DNA of 64,000 bases, from positions 2,112,001 to 2,176,000 of the forward strand of contig CP147780.1 in NCBI GenBank assembly GCA_037310415.1. The letters are read 5' to 3'. Position numbers and translations under genes: made by a program. Under the pieces are notes generated by a model, which saw only the letters and a list, made by a program, of their open reading frames with translations, made no database searches and was not told the DNA's origin. The stretch is from Candidatus Atabeyarchaeum deiterrae. Its GTDB lineage: Archaea > Asgardarchaeota > Atabeyarchaeia > Atabeyarchaeales > Atabeyarchaeaceae. Shown here piece after piece: positions 10,238-21,642 of the stretch; within the stretch, counting starts at the first letter, position 1; each line of letters opens with the position of its first letter.

Positions 10238-10648
10238 ATGTCAGGAGCAAGAAAGAAGATTAGGGTTCTTATCGCCAAGCCAGGTCTCGATGGACATGAC
10301 CGCGGAGCCAAAGTAGTCGCTCTAGCTCTTCGAGACGCGGGCATGGAAGTCATCTACACAGGAATAAGGCAAACTCCTGAGAAGATAGTTGAGGCAGCTA
10401 TCGAAGAAGACGTAGATGTCATCGGCCTCAGCATTCTTTCAGGAACGCATAAGCACTACTTCAAAAAGGTCATAGACCTGCTGAAGAAGAAAGGAGCAGA
10501 CGACATTGCCGTATTCGGCGGAGGAATAATACCAGAGAGTGACATCCCGGAACTCAAAGGGATGGGAGCAGACGAAGTGTTTGGACCCGGAACGCCAACA
10601 AGCGATATAGCTGACTACTTGAACAGGAAATTTGGGAAGAAAAAGTAG
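10238..10648 (+). CDS. Methylmalonyl-CoA mutase, cobalamin-binding small subunit
   Basis: [11 protein letters not shown]12-binding motif. Confidence 0.95.
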   Translation: MSGARKKIRVLIAKPGLDGHDRGAKVVALALRDAGMEVIYTGIRQTPEKIVEAAIEEDVDVIGLSILSGTHKHYFKKVIDLLKKKGADDIAVFGGGIIPESDIPELKGMGADEVFGPGTPTSDIADYLNRKFGKKK

Positions 10649-12353
10649 CAACTTGCCGGGAGGGACTCGTAACTTGTTCGATAAGAAGAAAGCGAATGGG
10701 ATCAAGGAAGCTCAGAAGAAATGGGAGGACACAACCGTCTCGAAAACCATTCAGAAGACGCCTGAGAGAAGGAAAGAATTCTTTTCCGCCTCAAGCATAC
10801 CAGTGAAGAGGCTTTACACTCCATCTGATATCGAGAAAATCGACTACATGCGGGACCTCGGCTTTCCCGGCGAGTTCCCTGCTACCAGAGGCGTTCAGCC
10901 TACCATGTACAGGGGTCGCTTCTGGACGATGCGCCAGTACGCCGGGTTCGGATCAGCCGAGGAGACGAATCAACGCTTCAAGTATCTCTTGAAGGAGGGA
11001 CAGACAGGTCTCAGCGTCGCATTTGATCTTCCCACCCAGATCGGCTATGACTCTGACCATGACCTTTCCTATGGGGAGGTTGGGAAGGTCGGCGTATCAA
11101 TAAACAGTATCGAGGACATGGAATTGCTCTTCCAGGGGATACCCCTCGACAAGGTAAGTACATCGATGACAATCAATGCCTCAGCCCCAGTGATCTTAGC
11201 CATGTACATGGTCGCGGCGGGAAAACAGGGAGTGGCTCCTTCAGCACTCCAAGGAACAGTACAAAACGATGTTCTGAAGGAGTACATTGCAAGGGGGACA
11301 TACATCTACCCTCCCAAGCCCTCAATGAGACTGGCAGTTGACATTATTGAATACTGCTTCAAGAACGTGCCCAAGTGGAATACTATCAGCATAAGCGGAT
11401 ACCACATCCGTGAAGCGGGTGCAACAGCGGTCCAAGAAGTTGCCTTCACTTTGGCTGACGGCATAGCATATGTTGAAGCTGCAGTATCAAGAGGACTCAA
11501 GGTTGACACCTTTGCGCCTCGACTCTCATTCTTCTTCGCTTCACATATGGATCTCCTCGAAGAGGTTGCCAAATTCCGCGCCGCCAGAAGACTATGGGCC
11601 AAGATCATGAAGGAGAGGTTTAGTGCTCAGAATCTTGAATCGATGATGCTGCGCTTTCATACGCAGACTGGCGGAGTTACTCTTACAGCTCAGCAGCCCG
11701 AGAACAATGTAGTTCGGGTGACGCTTCAGGCCCTTGCAGCTGTCTTAGGAGGAACCCAGTCTCTTCACACGAACTCCATGGATGAAGCTTTGGCACTGCC
11801 ATCTGAGAAGGCTGTCAGGATAGCTCTTAGAACGCAACAGATTCTCGCAAGTGAAAGTGGAACTACAAACTCGATTGATCCTCTTGCTGGATCCTTCTAC
11901 TTGGAGAGCCTCACCAACGAGATTGAGACCCAATCGATGGGATACATTGAGAAGATCGATGAAATGGGTGGAATGGTTACAGCCATAGAGAAAGGATATC
12001 CGCAGAAAGAGATACTTGGCAGCGCATACAAGTTCCAAAAGGAAGTCGAGAGCAAAGACAGAATCATCGTGGGCGTAAACGAGTATTCAATCAAGGAGGA
12101 ACTCACATGGGAAATCCTGCGAGTTAAGCCAGATGTTGAGGAGCGCCAGAGAAAGAGAGTGAAGGATCTCAAAGCAAGGAGGGACAGTGGCAAATCTCAG
12201 AAAGCATTGGAGCAAATCAAGATGGTGGCACAAGCGGACGAGAACTTGATGCCATCAATAATGGAAGCTGTCAAGGCATATGCGACAACTGGCGAGATTT
12301 GTGACGCGTTGAGAGAGGTCTATGGGGAGTATAGAGCACCAGAAATAATCTGA
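10632..12353 (+). CDS. Methylmalonyl-CoA mutase, catalytic large subunit (true start probably ~10674)
   Basis: [43 protein letters not shown]. Confidence 0.95.
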   Translation: MGRKSSNLPGGTRNLFDKKKANGIKEAQKKWEDTTVSKTIQKTPERRKEFFSASSIPVKRLYTPSDIEKIDYMRDLGFPGEFPATRGVQPTMYRGRFWTMRQYAGFGSAEETNQRFKYLLKEGQTGLSVAFDLPTQIGYDSDHDLSYGEVGKVGVSINSIEDMELLFQGIPLDKVSTSMTINASAPVILAMYMVAAGKQGVAPSALQGTVQNDVLKEYIARGTYIYPPKPSMRLAVDIIEYCFKNVPKWNTISISGYHIREAGATAVQEVAFTLADGIAYVEAAVSRGLKVDTFAPRLSFFFASHMDLLEEVAKFRAARRLWAKIMKERFSAQNLESMMLRFHTQTGGVTLTAQQPENNVVRVTLQALAAVLGGTQSLHTNSMDEALALPSEKAVRIALRTQQILASESGTTNSIDPLAGSFYLESLTNEIETQSMGYIEKIDEMGGMVTAIEKGYPQKEILGSAYKFQKEVESKDRIIVGVNEYSIKEELTWEILRVKPDVEERQRKRVKDLKARRDSGKSQKALEQIKMVAQADENLMPSIMEAVKAYATTGEICDALREVYGEYRAPEII

Positions 12354-12391
12354 AGGAAAGCTTAGGATGGCGAAACCCCACGATCAGTAGG

Positions 12392-12865
12392 ATGGAACTG
12401 AGGAAAGCAACAAGTCGCGATCTACCTCGGATAGAAAGACTCCTTAAGGGGAACGAGCTGCCTTTTGAAGATATTCGATCGAAGATGGACTTCATCTTCT
12501 TGGCACGAGTGAATGCAGAAGATGTGGGAATAGGTGGAGTAGAAATCCGCGGAAAATGTGGACTCCTTCGCTCAGTTGTAGTTGAAAAACCACACCGTGG
12601 AGAAGGATACGGAAGAATGCTCTGCGACAAGTTGGTCGAATATGCAAAGACTCAGGGAGTTGGAGAGCTGTACCTTCTGACCATGACAGCGGAGCGCTTC
12701 TTTCTAAAAATGGGGTTTAGGAGGATCAACCGAGACAATGTTCCCATGGACATCCAGAACACAACTGAGTTTAGCGAACTATGCCCTGTGTCATCAGTCT
12801 GCATGAGAAAGATTGTCTCGAGTGGTAACTTTGAACGAGCAACAATAGCAGGAAAAAATAGGTGA
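12392..12865 (+). CDS. GNAT N-acetyltransferase (ArsN2-like)
   Basis: LLRSVVV..HRGEGYG, LYLLT, EFSELCPVSS. Confidence 0.85.
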   Translation: MELRKATSRDLPRIERLLKGNELPFEDIRSKMDFIFLARVNAEDVGIGGVEIRGKCGLLRSVVVEKPHRGEGYGRMLCDKLVEYAKTQGVGELYLLTMTAERFFLKMGFRRINRDNVPMDIQNTTEFSELCPVSSVCMRKIVSSGNFERATIAGKNR

Positions 12866-12896
12866 AGAGTCCCGGTGCAATTGGGACCGTTTTCTC

Positions 12897-13502
12897 TTAT
12901 CGGATGCGTGCTCCGCACTTCGGGCAAAACATCATATCTGGTTCCACTCTCTCCCCGCATTCAGGACAGAATCTGGCTACAGGCTCTGGGACTCTGCCTT
13001 CTCTCGCTACAGGTTCACGAGAAAGAACCTCCGGTCTTTTGCGAGGAGGTATCGGTTCATACACAAGCGCCAGTATGCCTCCGATCAATCCAAATATGAA
13101 CGCTGCTCCGCCAAGCACGCCGAAGACAAGTATGATGACACCGTACTTTGTATGTTCCATAGGGTTATTGTTCAGGCTCCTAGCAGCAGCAAGCACGGCT
13201 AATGAAGCAATCATTAGCCATCCTGAAAGCACTAGTCCAATGGTCAGAATGAAGTTGAAGTAGCTAGCCCAGAAGCTGCCCGGGACGTAGCCGTATTGGG
13301 TTGCCATGTAAAGCGGTGCGACGAAAGAATAGAGCACTACAATGCCCACAAGTAGCCCGAGTATTCCCCCGATTACCGAAACAACGTATGCTGCAGTCGG
13401 TTTCTCCTCCACTGCGACGCTACTCAACTCTATCACCCATCTCTTGATTGATAGCTTGTTTGTACTTAAAGATATCGTTTTCAACGATTGAAAGCTTACC
13501 AC
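12897..13502 (-). CDS. Membrane protein with C-terminal zinc ribbon; true start probably ~13427
   Basis: EKPTAAYVVSVIGGIL, hydrophobic helices, CPEC...CPKC. Confidence 0.75.
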   Translation of the reverse strand: MVSFQSLKTISLSTNKLSIKRWVIELSSVAVEEKPTAAYVVSVIGGILGLLVGIVVLYSFVAPLYMATQYGYVPGSFWASYFNFILTIGLVLSGWLMIASLAVLAAARSLNNNPMEHTKYGVIILVFGVLGGAAFIFGLIGGILALVYEPIPPRKRPEVLSREPVAREGRVPEPVARFCPECGERVEPDMMFCPKCGARIR

Positions 13503-13700
13503 GCTTTAATGACGGAGTAGTTGGTCAATTTTCTCGGTTATCTTCTGAGGCATAATTGCTCTCAGTGAACGGAGAATGACCAAGGAATTCCTCGCTTGCG
13601 GGAGTGATCCTCTCTTCGATAAAGACTTATACCTAATTCCTCTATTGAAACTCATCTATGTTGACAGTTCTCGCACGAATTGACGAGAGGTTAGAGCACC

Positions 13701-14102
13701 ATGTTTAGAAAAATCAGTCATATCGGCATAGCTGTGAGAAATATGGATGAGGCGCTGAAGCTGTATTCTGAGACACTTGGTCTGAAGGTGTCTGGCATTG
13801 AGACCGTTGAAGAGCAGAAAGTGAAATCCGCGATGATCCCCATAGGCGAATCGAGAATAGAACTCATGGAGTCAACCGATCCGGAGGGGCCAGTAGGGAA
13901 GTTCATAACGAAAAGAGGCGAAGGGATGCACCACATATCACTCGAAGTTGATGACATTGACAAAGAGCTCGCCAAACTCAGCAAAGCAGGCATCGAATTG
14001 ATCGACAAGAAGCCCAGATTGGGCGCAGGTGGAAATAAGATAGCGTTTGTCCATCCGAAGAGCATGCACGGAGTATTGCTAGAACTCACCTCGAGAAAGT
14101 GA
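13701..14102 (+). CDS. mce: Methylmalonyl-CoA epimerase
   Basis: HIGIAV, GEGMHHI, FVHPKS.GVLLEL; mutase context. Confidence 0.93.
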   Translation: MFRKISHIGIAVRNMDEALKLYSETLGLKVSGIETVEEQKVKSAMIPIGESRIELMESTDPEGPVGKFITKRGEGMHHISLEVDDIDKELAKLSKAGIELIDKKPRLGAGGNKIAFVHPKSMHGVLLELTSRK

Positions 14103-14221
14103 GGTGCGGAATTCCTGAGACAGAAGGCATATTTAATATCATCCCCGTTTTTCCTTTTTGAACCGAAAAAGGCGTGGCAATCCACACCTCATGCGACCCT
14201 GAACAGATCACTCGCTAAGGG

Positions 14222-15091
14222 ATGCGTGATTCCCTATTGAATGGCAGCGAACGTAGTCCCCAGAATTCTTCATTTGGAGATCAGATCTCGCTAGAGGCCA
14301 TCAAGAGGAATTTTCACTCAAAGATCATTGGTTGCCATATAGTCCTTATTGATGAGACTACCTCAACAAATGATGAAGCCAAAAAGCTGGCTGTGAAAAA
14401 CGCGAATGAAGGAACCGTCGTTCTGGCAAGAGTACAAAGCGCAGGGAGAGGACGCTTCGGAAGAAAATGGCACTCACCCGAAGGCGGCCTCTATATGTCA
14501 GTCATCCTGAGACCCAATGCAAATCTACCTATTCAGAAGATAACTCTGATGACCGGGCTATCCGTAGCCAAGACCTTGAGGAGACTCTACAAGATTGAAG
14601 CAGTTCTTAGGTGGCCAAACGACGTTCTCGTCGGAGAAAGCAAGATTTGCGGAATACTTGCAGAGGGAGCTTTCGAAGGAGACACACCCCTGTACGTTAT
14701 CATCGGTATCGGGTTAAACGTCAACGTCGATACTAACACGCTTCCAAAGGAAGCAGGACTTCGAGCTACGTCGCTAGAAACCCTTCTTGGGGAAAGGGTT
14801 CTCTCAAACACCCTGATCAGCGAACTTCTCAAAACAATCGACCAAGATTACAGGTTCTTCATAGGTGGGAAAGATGAAAAGCTGTGGACGAAGTATCGGA
14901 AATTATGCAAAACAATCGGATCAGAAGTCCGAGTTGAAGTCTGCAGAGGTGAAGTCTATGAGGGATATGCCGAAGGGCTATCGGATGAAGGGGGCTTGAT
15001 CCTGAGAACACGAGATGGATCCAGAGTTACGATTCTGAGTGGCGACTGCGTGCACCTAAGAACTATGAACAAGCACAAAAAAGGATATTAA
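14222..15091 (+). CDS. birA: Biotin-protein ligase (no N-terminal HTH)
   Basis: STND, QSAGRGRFGRKW, WPND, KICGIL, GIGLNV. Confidence 0.95.
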   Translation: MRDSLLNGSERSPQNSSFGDQISLEAIKRNFHSKIIGCHIVLIDETTSTNDEAKKLAVKNANEGTVVLARVQSAGRGRFGRKWHSPEGGLYMSVILRPNANLPIQKITLMTGLSVAKTLRRLYKIEAVLRWPNDVLVGESKICGILAEGAFEGDTPLYVIIGIGLNVNVDTNTLPKEAGLRATSLETLLGERVLSNTLISELLKTIDQDYRFFIGGKDEKLWTKYRKLCKTIGSEVRVEVCRGEVYEGYAEGLSDEGGLILRTRDGSRVTILSGDCVHLRTMNKHKKGY

Positions 15092-15182
15092 GAAAGAAGT
15101 AGTGAAAGTCACCACGACACGTTCATTTCTCACCGATTCAACATCTTACTGAGTGTGACTTTGAGAGGTGTAAGTCCGAAAC

Positions 15183-16736
15183 ATGTCATCAATTGAAGAC
15201 AAAATTAGGAAACTCAAAGAAATGAAAGAACAAAGCAAGCTGGGCGGCGGGAAAGACAGAATAGAGAAGCAGCATGAGTCAGGGAAGCTAACCGCTAGGG
15301 AGAGACTAGAGGCGCTGCTCGACACAGGAACATTTGTGGAAATAGACCCATATGTAAGACATCAAAGCACCAATTTCGGAGCAGAAAAGAATCGACCTCT
15401 CGGCGACGCCGTGGTCACAGGCTGGGGAAGAATGAATGGCAGACTGGTCTACGTCTTCTCCCAAGACTTCACGGTGTTCGGAGGATCCCTTGGTGAGGCT
15501 TTCGCTCAGAAAGTCTGCAAGATTATGGATCTGGCTGCAAGAAATGGCGCACCAGTGATAGGATTGAATGATGGCGCCGGAGCGAGAATACAGGAAGGAG
15601 TCTCAAGCTTGGTTGCCTATGCAGACATTTTTTACAGGAATGTTCTTTCTTCGGGTGTGGTTCCTCAAATATCGGCCATCATGGGGCCCTGCGCTGGGGG
15701 TGCAGTCTATTCGCCTGCGATGACTGATTTCATAATCATGGTTGAAGGAATATCATACATGCACATCACGGGACCTGATGTAGTAAAAACAGTCACCAAG
15801 GAAGATGTCACCTCTGAGCAGCTCGGTGGGGCTCAGGTTCACATGGAGAAAAGCGGAGTCGCCCACTTTTCGGCGAAAACAGAACAAGAGTGTTTCGATA
15901 TAATCAGAAAACTAATGGGTTTTATCCCCTCAAACAACATGGAAGACCCGCCGATAGCTGAGGCGACTGACGATCCAAATAGAATGGATGAAGAATTGAA
16001 TCACATAGTCCCAATAGATCCAAACAAGCCATACGACATGCGGGACGTGGTCAGACATATCGTTGATGACGGTGACTTCTTTGAAGTTCAGCCTCTGTGG
16101 GCTGAGAACATTATCATCGGCTTCGCTAGGTTAAACGGCAGACCGATTGGTATAGTCGGGAACAATCCGAGAGCACTTGCTGGCACACTTGACATCGACT
16201 CATCCACTAAAGGTGCCCGGTTCGTGCGGTTCTGTGACTGCTTCAACATACCCATACTGACTTTCGAAGACGTACCAGGATTCCTCCCCGGAACAGCACA
16301 GGAACATGGAGGCATAATCAGGCATGGATCAAAGCTACTCTATGCTTTCTGTGAAGCAACTGTTCCACGCCTAACCGTGATAACAAGAAAAGCGTATGGT
16401 GGAGCATTTGACGTGCTGAACTCGAAGAATGTCGGAGCAGACTACAATGTAGCCTGGCCCGGGGCAGAGCTGGCAGTCATGGGACCAGAGGGCGCAGTCA
16501 ACATAATCTTCAGAAAAGAAATCGAAAAGGCAGCCGACCCCCAGAAGGAAAGAGAAAGACTTGTGAAAGAATACCGTGAGAAGTTTGCGAATCCCTACAT
16601 AACGGCAGAAAGAGGCTATATCGACGACGTTATAGAACCGAAAGAAACTAGGCCCAAGCTAATCAATGCACTGGAGACTCTTGCAAACAAGCGGACAAGC
16701 AGACCAGCAAGAAAGCACGGCAACATACCCCTGTAG
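15183..16736 (+). CDS. Acyl-CoA carboxyltransferase beta subunit (PccB / transcarboxylase 12S-like)
   Basis: [42 protein letters not shown]. Confidence 0.95.
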   Translation: MSSIEDKIRKLKEMKEQSKLGGGKDRIEKQHESGKLTARERLEALLDTGTFVEIDPYVRHQSTNFGAEKNRPLGDAVVTGWGRMNGRLVYVFSQDFTVFGGSLGEAFAQKVCKIMDLAARNGAPVIGLNDGAGARIQEGVSSLVAYADIFYRNVLSSGVVPQISAIMGPCAGGAVYSPAMTDFIIMVEGISYMHITGPDVVKTVTKEDVTSEQLGGAQVHMEKSGVAHFSAKTEQECFDIIRKLMGFIPSNNMEDPPIAEATDDPNRMDEELNHIVPIDPNKPYDMRDVVRHIVDDGDFFEVQPLWAENIIIGFARLNGRPIGIVGNNPRALAGTLDIDSSTKGARFVRFCDCFNIPILTFEDVPGFLPGTAQEHGGIIRHGSKLLYAFCEATVPRLTVITRKAYGGAFDVLNSKNVGADYNVAWPGAELAVMGPEGAVNIIFRKEIEKAADPQKERERLVKEYREKFANPYITAERGYIDDVIEPKETRPKLINALETLANKRTSRPARKHGNIPL

Positions 16737-16847
16737 ATTGCGCTCTCGGCATGATGGTTTTTTCCGCGAATATCGAGACGGGGATCGCAGTGCGAAATGG
16801 TAGGTTCGGTGCCGCGTTGTGATTCCTCAGCCTCATTTTTGAGGGGA

Positions 16848-17156
16848 TCAAGCTTCCCCGTTTAGCGTTTGTTTCCAGCCGCATGATTCACACAGTATTT
16901 CTCCAGTTCTTGTTTTGGTTCTCACAGAACTAGTCCTGGGTCTCTTGTCGATCGAAGCTGCAATAGTCTTTCTGCCGCATTTCGGACAGCCGAGTCTGGA
17001 GATATCTGTCGAGTAAAGGTGGCAATTGGAGCAGCGAAAAATCACTCCATATTCCAACATTTCGGCGGCAACAGCTGCCATAGGATGCAAAGGACCTACG
17101 GAAGCAGTCACGTTTCCTCCACATTCGGAACATTTGAGACTCTTCATGTTGGGCAT
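16848..17156 (-). CDS. Small zinc-finger protein (four CxxC pairs)
   Basis: CSEC, CSNC, CPKC, CESC. Confidence 0.65.
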   Translation of the reverse strand: MPNMKSLKCSECGGNVTASVGPLHPMAAVAAEMLEYGVIFRCSNCHLYSTDISRLGCPKCGRKTIAASIDKRPRTSSVRTKTRTGEILCESCGWKQTLNGEA

Positions 17157-17262
17157 GTATTTTTGTGAGCGGTATATTAGACTATGGGTTCAGACACGCA
17201 GAAGAAGACGAAAGTTCAAATATCCTAATTGAACCAATACATTGGCAAGAAAGGGATAGTCG

Positions 17263-19797
17263 ATGAAAGGAACTCCCTCAACGTTTTGGAGCGTAAGTGG
17301 TCGCGACCTTCTCAAAGATCTCGAAACCAGACCCCAGGGATTAACAAGTGAAGAAGCGAAGCAGAGACTAGAGACCTACGGCTTCAATCTCCTTAAGGCA
17401 AGAAAGAGGACTGATGCACCCGCGTTACTCCTTGCTCAATTCAAGTCCCCTATCATTCTGATTCTTCTATTCGCGGCAGTATTGTCACTCTTCTTGGGTG
17501 GTCAAACAGGCGATCAGACTAGCTCCCTCATTATCTTGGCAATCGTATTCATTAGCAGCCTCCTTGGATTTTGGCAGGAAAGGGGAGCAACGAATGCGGT
17601 CAAGAAGTTGCTCTCCATAGTTCAGATAAAGTCCGTCGTTATGCGAGATGGAAATCCTAAGGTGATTCCAGCGGAAACGATTGTACCTGGGGACATTGTG
17701 ATTCTATCTGCGGGAGCAAGCGTCCCTGGAGACTGCCTAATTCTGAAGTCGAAGGACCTTTTCGTCGATGAGGCAACCTTGACGGGCGAGACCTACCCTG
17801 TCGAGAAAACTGTTGGAGTGCTGGCGCCTATAACAGCTCTCAGTCAGCGCACAAATGCGCTCCTAATGGGGACACACGTAGTGAGCGGAACAGGGCAAGC
17901 ACTCGTCGTTCGCACGGGAACAGAGACGGAATTTGGCAAGATCTCGGAAAGGCTGAGGCTGCGGCAACCGGAAACAGATTTCGAGCGAGGCGTTAGGCGA
18001 TTTGGCTACCTCCTCATGGAGGTCACTCTCATCTTGGTGTTCGCCATCTTCGCGATCAATGTCTATATGGCGCGCCCCGTATTGGATTCCTTTCTATTTG
18101 CATTAGCACTTGCGATTGGATTGACTCCACAATTGCTTCCGGCAATAATCAGCATCAACCTTTCACATGGTGCCAAACGTATGTCACTCGCCAACGTGAT
18201 CGTCAAACGCTTAGCTTCTATCGAAAACTTCGGTAGCATGAATGTGCTCTGCTCAGACAAGACCGGAACCTTAACTGAAGGAGTGATGCGTCTTCAAAGT
18301 TGCGTTGATGTTGAAGGCAATAAGAGCGAGAAAGTTCTGCTTTACGCCTACCTCAATGCTTTCTTTGAGACTGGTTTCGGAAATCCTATTGATGAAGCAA
18401 TAAGAGGCTACAAGAAGCTGCGCGTCTCAGACTACTCAAAACTGGATGAGGTGCCGTACGACTTCTTCAGAAAGAGACTGAGCATCCTTGTTTCCAAAGA
18501 GAGTACGCATCTGATGGTGACCAAGGGATACATTCAAAGTGTGCTCGACATTTGTTCATCAGCAGAAATGCCTCAAGGAAGAATCATCGAAATAACTTCT
18601 ATCCGAGAGCAGGTAATGAAACGTTTCAATGACGTTGCCAGCAAAGGATTGCGAGCGATTGCCGTGGCATATAAGGACATTGGCTCCCAAGCCATCATCG
18701 GCAAGGAAGACGAAAAAGGCATGACTTTCTTGGGATTGGTCATTTTTCTAGACCCACTGAAACAGGGTGCCAGCCGAACTGTCAAGCACCTGAAGGATCT
18801 TGGGATTTCGCTGAAGATCATTACAGGAGATAATCCTATTGTTGCAGCTTATGCTGCTGGAAAGGTCGGATTGCATAAACCAAGGATCTGCACTGGTTCA
18901 CAGCTACGCCAAATGAGTGACGAGGCACTTCTCAGGCAAGTGAATGATGTTGATGTGTTCGCCGAGATTGAGCCGAATCAGAAAGAGCGTATCATCATAG
19001 CTCTAAGAAAGGCGGGAAATGTAGTAGGCTTTGTGGGAGACGGAATAAACGATGCCTCAGCTCTCCATGCAGCCGACGTGAGCATCTCGGTCGAATCTGC
19101 GGTGGACGTTGCAAAGGAGGCTGCCGACATTGTCCTACTCAAGAAGGATTTGGATGTCCTCGTGGACGGGGTCCGAGAAGGCAGATCAACTTTCGCCAAC
19201 ACCTTGAAATACGTGTTTATGGCGACAAGCGCCAATTTCGGAAACATGTTCAGTATGGCTGGGGCGTCGCTCTTCTTAGAGTTCCTCCCATTGTTCCCTA
19301 AGCAGATACTTCTCATGAACCTAATGACAGATTTCCCCGAGATGACTATTGCCACGGATAAAGTGGACAAAGAACTCATCGAAAAACCCAGGCGCTGGGA
19401 CATCAAGTTTATCCGCAGGTTCATGCTGGCATTCGGTGTTCTAAGCTCAGTCTTTGACTACATAACCTTTGGCGTACTTCTGTTCTTGCTCATGGCTACT
19501 CCCGACCAATTCAGGACAGGTTGGTTTATTGAATCCGTTGTCTCCGCAGCCGTCGTCGTACTCGTTGTCAGAACTAGGAAGCCTTTCATCAAAAGTAGAC
19601 CAGGAAAGTACTTGCTCCTGACGACAATGATGATCGTCCTAGTGGCGATGATTCTTCCATTCATCACGCTTGGAGCGCTCTTTGGTTTCCAGCCTGTTCA
19701 AACTTGGTTCATTCTAGTGATGGCGATGATCGTGGCTCTATACGTCATTGGAGCCGAAATACTCAAGCATTTCTTCTACAGAAGATATACAACCTAA
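17263..19797 (+). CDS. mgtA: Magnesium-translocating P-type ATPase
   Basis: LTGE, TPQLLP, DKTGT, PYDFFRKR, TGD, GDGIND, SANFGNMFS. Confidence 0.92.
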   Translation: MKGTPSTFWSVSGRDLLKDLETRPQGLTSEEAKQRLETYGFNLLKARKRTDAPALLLAQFKSPIILILLFAAVLSLFLGGQTGDQTSSLIILAIVFISSLLGFWQERGATNAVKKLLSIVQIKSVVMRDGNPKVIPAETIVPGDIVILSAGASVPGDCLILKSKDLFVDEATLTGETYPVEKTVGVLAPITALSQRTNALLMGTHVVSGTGQALVVRTGTETEFGKISERLRLRQPETDFERGVRRFGYLLMEVTLILVFAIFAINVYMARPVLDSFLFALALAIGLTPQLLPAIISINLSHGAKRMSLANVIVKRLASIENFGSMNVLCSDKTGTLTEGVMRLQSCVDVEGNKSEKVLLYAYLNAFFETGFGNPIDEAIRGYKKLRVSDYSKLDEVPYDFFRKRLSILVSKESTHLMVTKGYIQSVLDICSSAEMPQGRIIEITSIREQVMKRFNDVASKGLRAIAVAYKDIGSQAIIGKEDEKGMTFLGLVIFLDPLKQGASRTVKHLKDLGISLKIITGDNPIVAAYAAGKVGLHKPRICTGSQLRQMSDEALLRQVNDVDVFAEIEPNQKERIIIALRKAGNVVGFVGDGINDASALHAADVSISVESAVDVAKEAADIVLLKKDLDVLVDGVREGRSTFANTLKYVFMATSANFGNMFSMAGASLFLEFLPLFPKQILLMNLMTDFPEMTIATDKVDKELIEKPRRWDIKFIRRFMLAFGVLSSVFDYITFGVLLFLLMATPDQFRTGWFIESVVSAAVVVLVVRTRKPFIKSRPGKYLLLTTMMIVLVAMILPFITLGALFGFQPVQTWFILVMAMIVALYVIGAEILKHFFYRRYTT

Positions 19798-19860
19798 GGA
19801 ACACTGATCTGAATGGGGCTGGCCAATTCCGTTAGCGCACTATTTTATGACTATCTGCCA

Positions 19861-20025
19861 CTACTTTCTGTGCCCACGCAAGGCAGGGACAGCAACAATT
19901 GCCGCAATAACACCAACGCATATGCCAACGATTAATAGTCCAAAAGTTATTGTTCTTGCAAGAGGTATTGAACTAAGCTTTGAGTGCGATCCGTCCTTCG
20001 AAAAAGGTATAAATAATGCGTGCAA
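19861..20025 (-). pseudogene. Possible gene remnant or microprotein: TM helix plus basic tail
   Basis: My translation: ...SSIPLARTITFGLLIVGICVGVIAAIVAVPALRGHRK*, which looks like a C-terminal membrane anchor. Confidence 0.3.
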
Positions 20026-20102
20026 TCCTTTACCTTCTTCTGGCTACTTCAGTCGGACTTCTGAGAGTGTCATGATCCGAATACCTCGGGAGGTAACCTA
20101 GA

Positions 20103-21635
20103 TTGTTCATCGGCAAAGCTCTGAAAATAACTGACACTGTCCTAAGGGACGCACACCAATCTCTATTGGCAACAAGGATGAAGACTGAGGACATGTTGCC
20201 AATAACCGAGAAACTTGACCAAGTTGGGTACTGGTCACTCGAAATGTGGGGAGGAGCAACTTTTGATACATGCTTGCGGTTTCTTAATGAAGATCCCTGG
20301 GAGAGACTGCGGAAACTGAAAAAGGCTATGCCGAATACGCCTATGCAGATGCTGCTGAGAGGACAGAACATTGTTGGTTATCGTCACTATGCTGACGATG
20401 TAGTTGAGAAGTTTGTCACCAAAGCGGCTGAGAATGGAATAGATGTTTTCAGGATATTCGACGCTGTGAATGACATAAGGAACCTTGAGAAAGCCATAAG
20501 AGTGGCCAAGAAAATTGGTGCGAGAGTCGAGGGTGCTCTGTCTTACACGATCAGCCCAGTCCATGACGTAAGACTTTTTGTAAACTTTGCGAAGAAACTT
20601 CAGGAACTGAACGTGGACACCATCTGCATCAAGGACATGGCAGGTCTTCTATCGCCCACAGAAGCCAAGGCTCTGGTAACAGGGTTGAAGAAGGAGATTG
20701 ACTTGCCAATCCATCTTCATACTCACTTCACAAGCGGGATGGCGATAGCCACGTGCTGGGAGGCAATAAGGGCAGGGGTTGACATCGTTGATACCGCAAT
20801 ATCATCCATGGCACTGGCCACCTCTCAGCCTCCTACTGAACCAATAGTGTATATGGTCAAAGGAACTCCGCGGGACACTGGCATGAATCTTGCTCTGCTC
20901 AGCGAGATATCAGATTACTTCGCCGAGATTAGAAAGAAATACACAAAGTTTGAGAGCACATTGCCCGGAGTTGACACTAATGTGCTTGTCTATCAAATTC
21001 CTGGAGGTATGACGACAAACTTGGTCAACCAATTGAGAGAGCAGAATGCGCTCGGAAAGCTTGGCGAAGTATTGAGGGAAGTTCCTATTGTGAGGAAAGA
21101 ACTAGGATACCCTCCACTTGTCACTCCAACTTCCCAAATAGTGGGAACCCAAGCAGTGCTGAACGTGGTCACTGGCGAACGGTATAAGATAATACCGAAT
21201 GAGGTTAAGCAGTACGTCAAAGGATACTACGGCGCATCTCCGGCTCCTATTGACGAGAAGGTCAGAAGAAAGGTGATAGGGAACGAAGAGCCAATAACAG
21301 GAAGACCAGCCGACCTGCTCAAGCCAGAGTTCGAAAAAGCCCGCAAGGAGCTAGATGGGAGAACAAGAAGCGAAGAAGACATCCTGTCATATGTCTTGTT
21401 CCCGCAGGTAGCTATAAGCTTCTTTGAGATGAGAGATTTAAGAGAGAAGGGTCTAGGTAGCAGTGAATCTGCTATGGCGGCGCTTGCGGCGGCAATTGCA
21501 GATGAATCAGTAAGAAGAGCTAATGCCCCACACACGACACAGCTTAAACTAGACAAGAGAGCAATATTCTCTCCAAGCCCGTGGGCGCTAGCGGGAAGAC
21601 AGGAACTCATGAGGTCAAGAACGATGACGTTTTAA
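20103..21635 (+). CDS. Pyruvate/oxaloacetate carboxyltransferase (transcarboxylase 5S / PycB / OadA-like) without a fused biotinyl domain
   Basis: RDAHQSL, WGGATFD, IKDMAG, HLHTH, PGGM, LGYPPLVTPTSQIVG; SD GGAGGT upstream. Confidence 0.93.
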   Translation: MFIGKALKITDTVLRDAHQSLLATRMKTEDMLPITEKLDQVGYWSLEMWGGATFDTCLRFLNEDPWERLRKLKKAMPNTPMQMLLRGQNIVGYRHYADDVVEKFVTKAAENGIDVFRIFDAVNDIRNLEKAIRVAKKIGARVEGALSYTISPVHDVRLFVNFAKKLQELNVDTICIKDMAGLLSPTEAKALVTGLKKEIDLPIHLHTHFTSGMAIATCWEAIRAGVDIVDTAISSMALATSQPPTEPIVYMVKGTPRDTGMNLALLSEISDYFAEIRKKYTKFESTLPGVDTNVLVYQIPGGMTTNLVNQLREQNALGKLGEVLREVPIVRKELGYPPLVTPTSQIVGTQAVLNVVTGERYKIIPNEVKQYVKGYYGASPAPIDEKVRRKVIGNEEPITGRPADLLKPEFEKARKELDGRTRSEEDILSYVLFPQVAISFFEMRDLREKGLGSSESAMAALAAAIADESVRRANAPHTTQLKLDKRAIFSPSPWALAGRQELMRSRTMTF

Positions 21636-21642
21636 GAAATAT

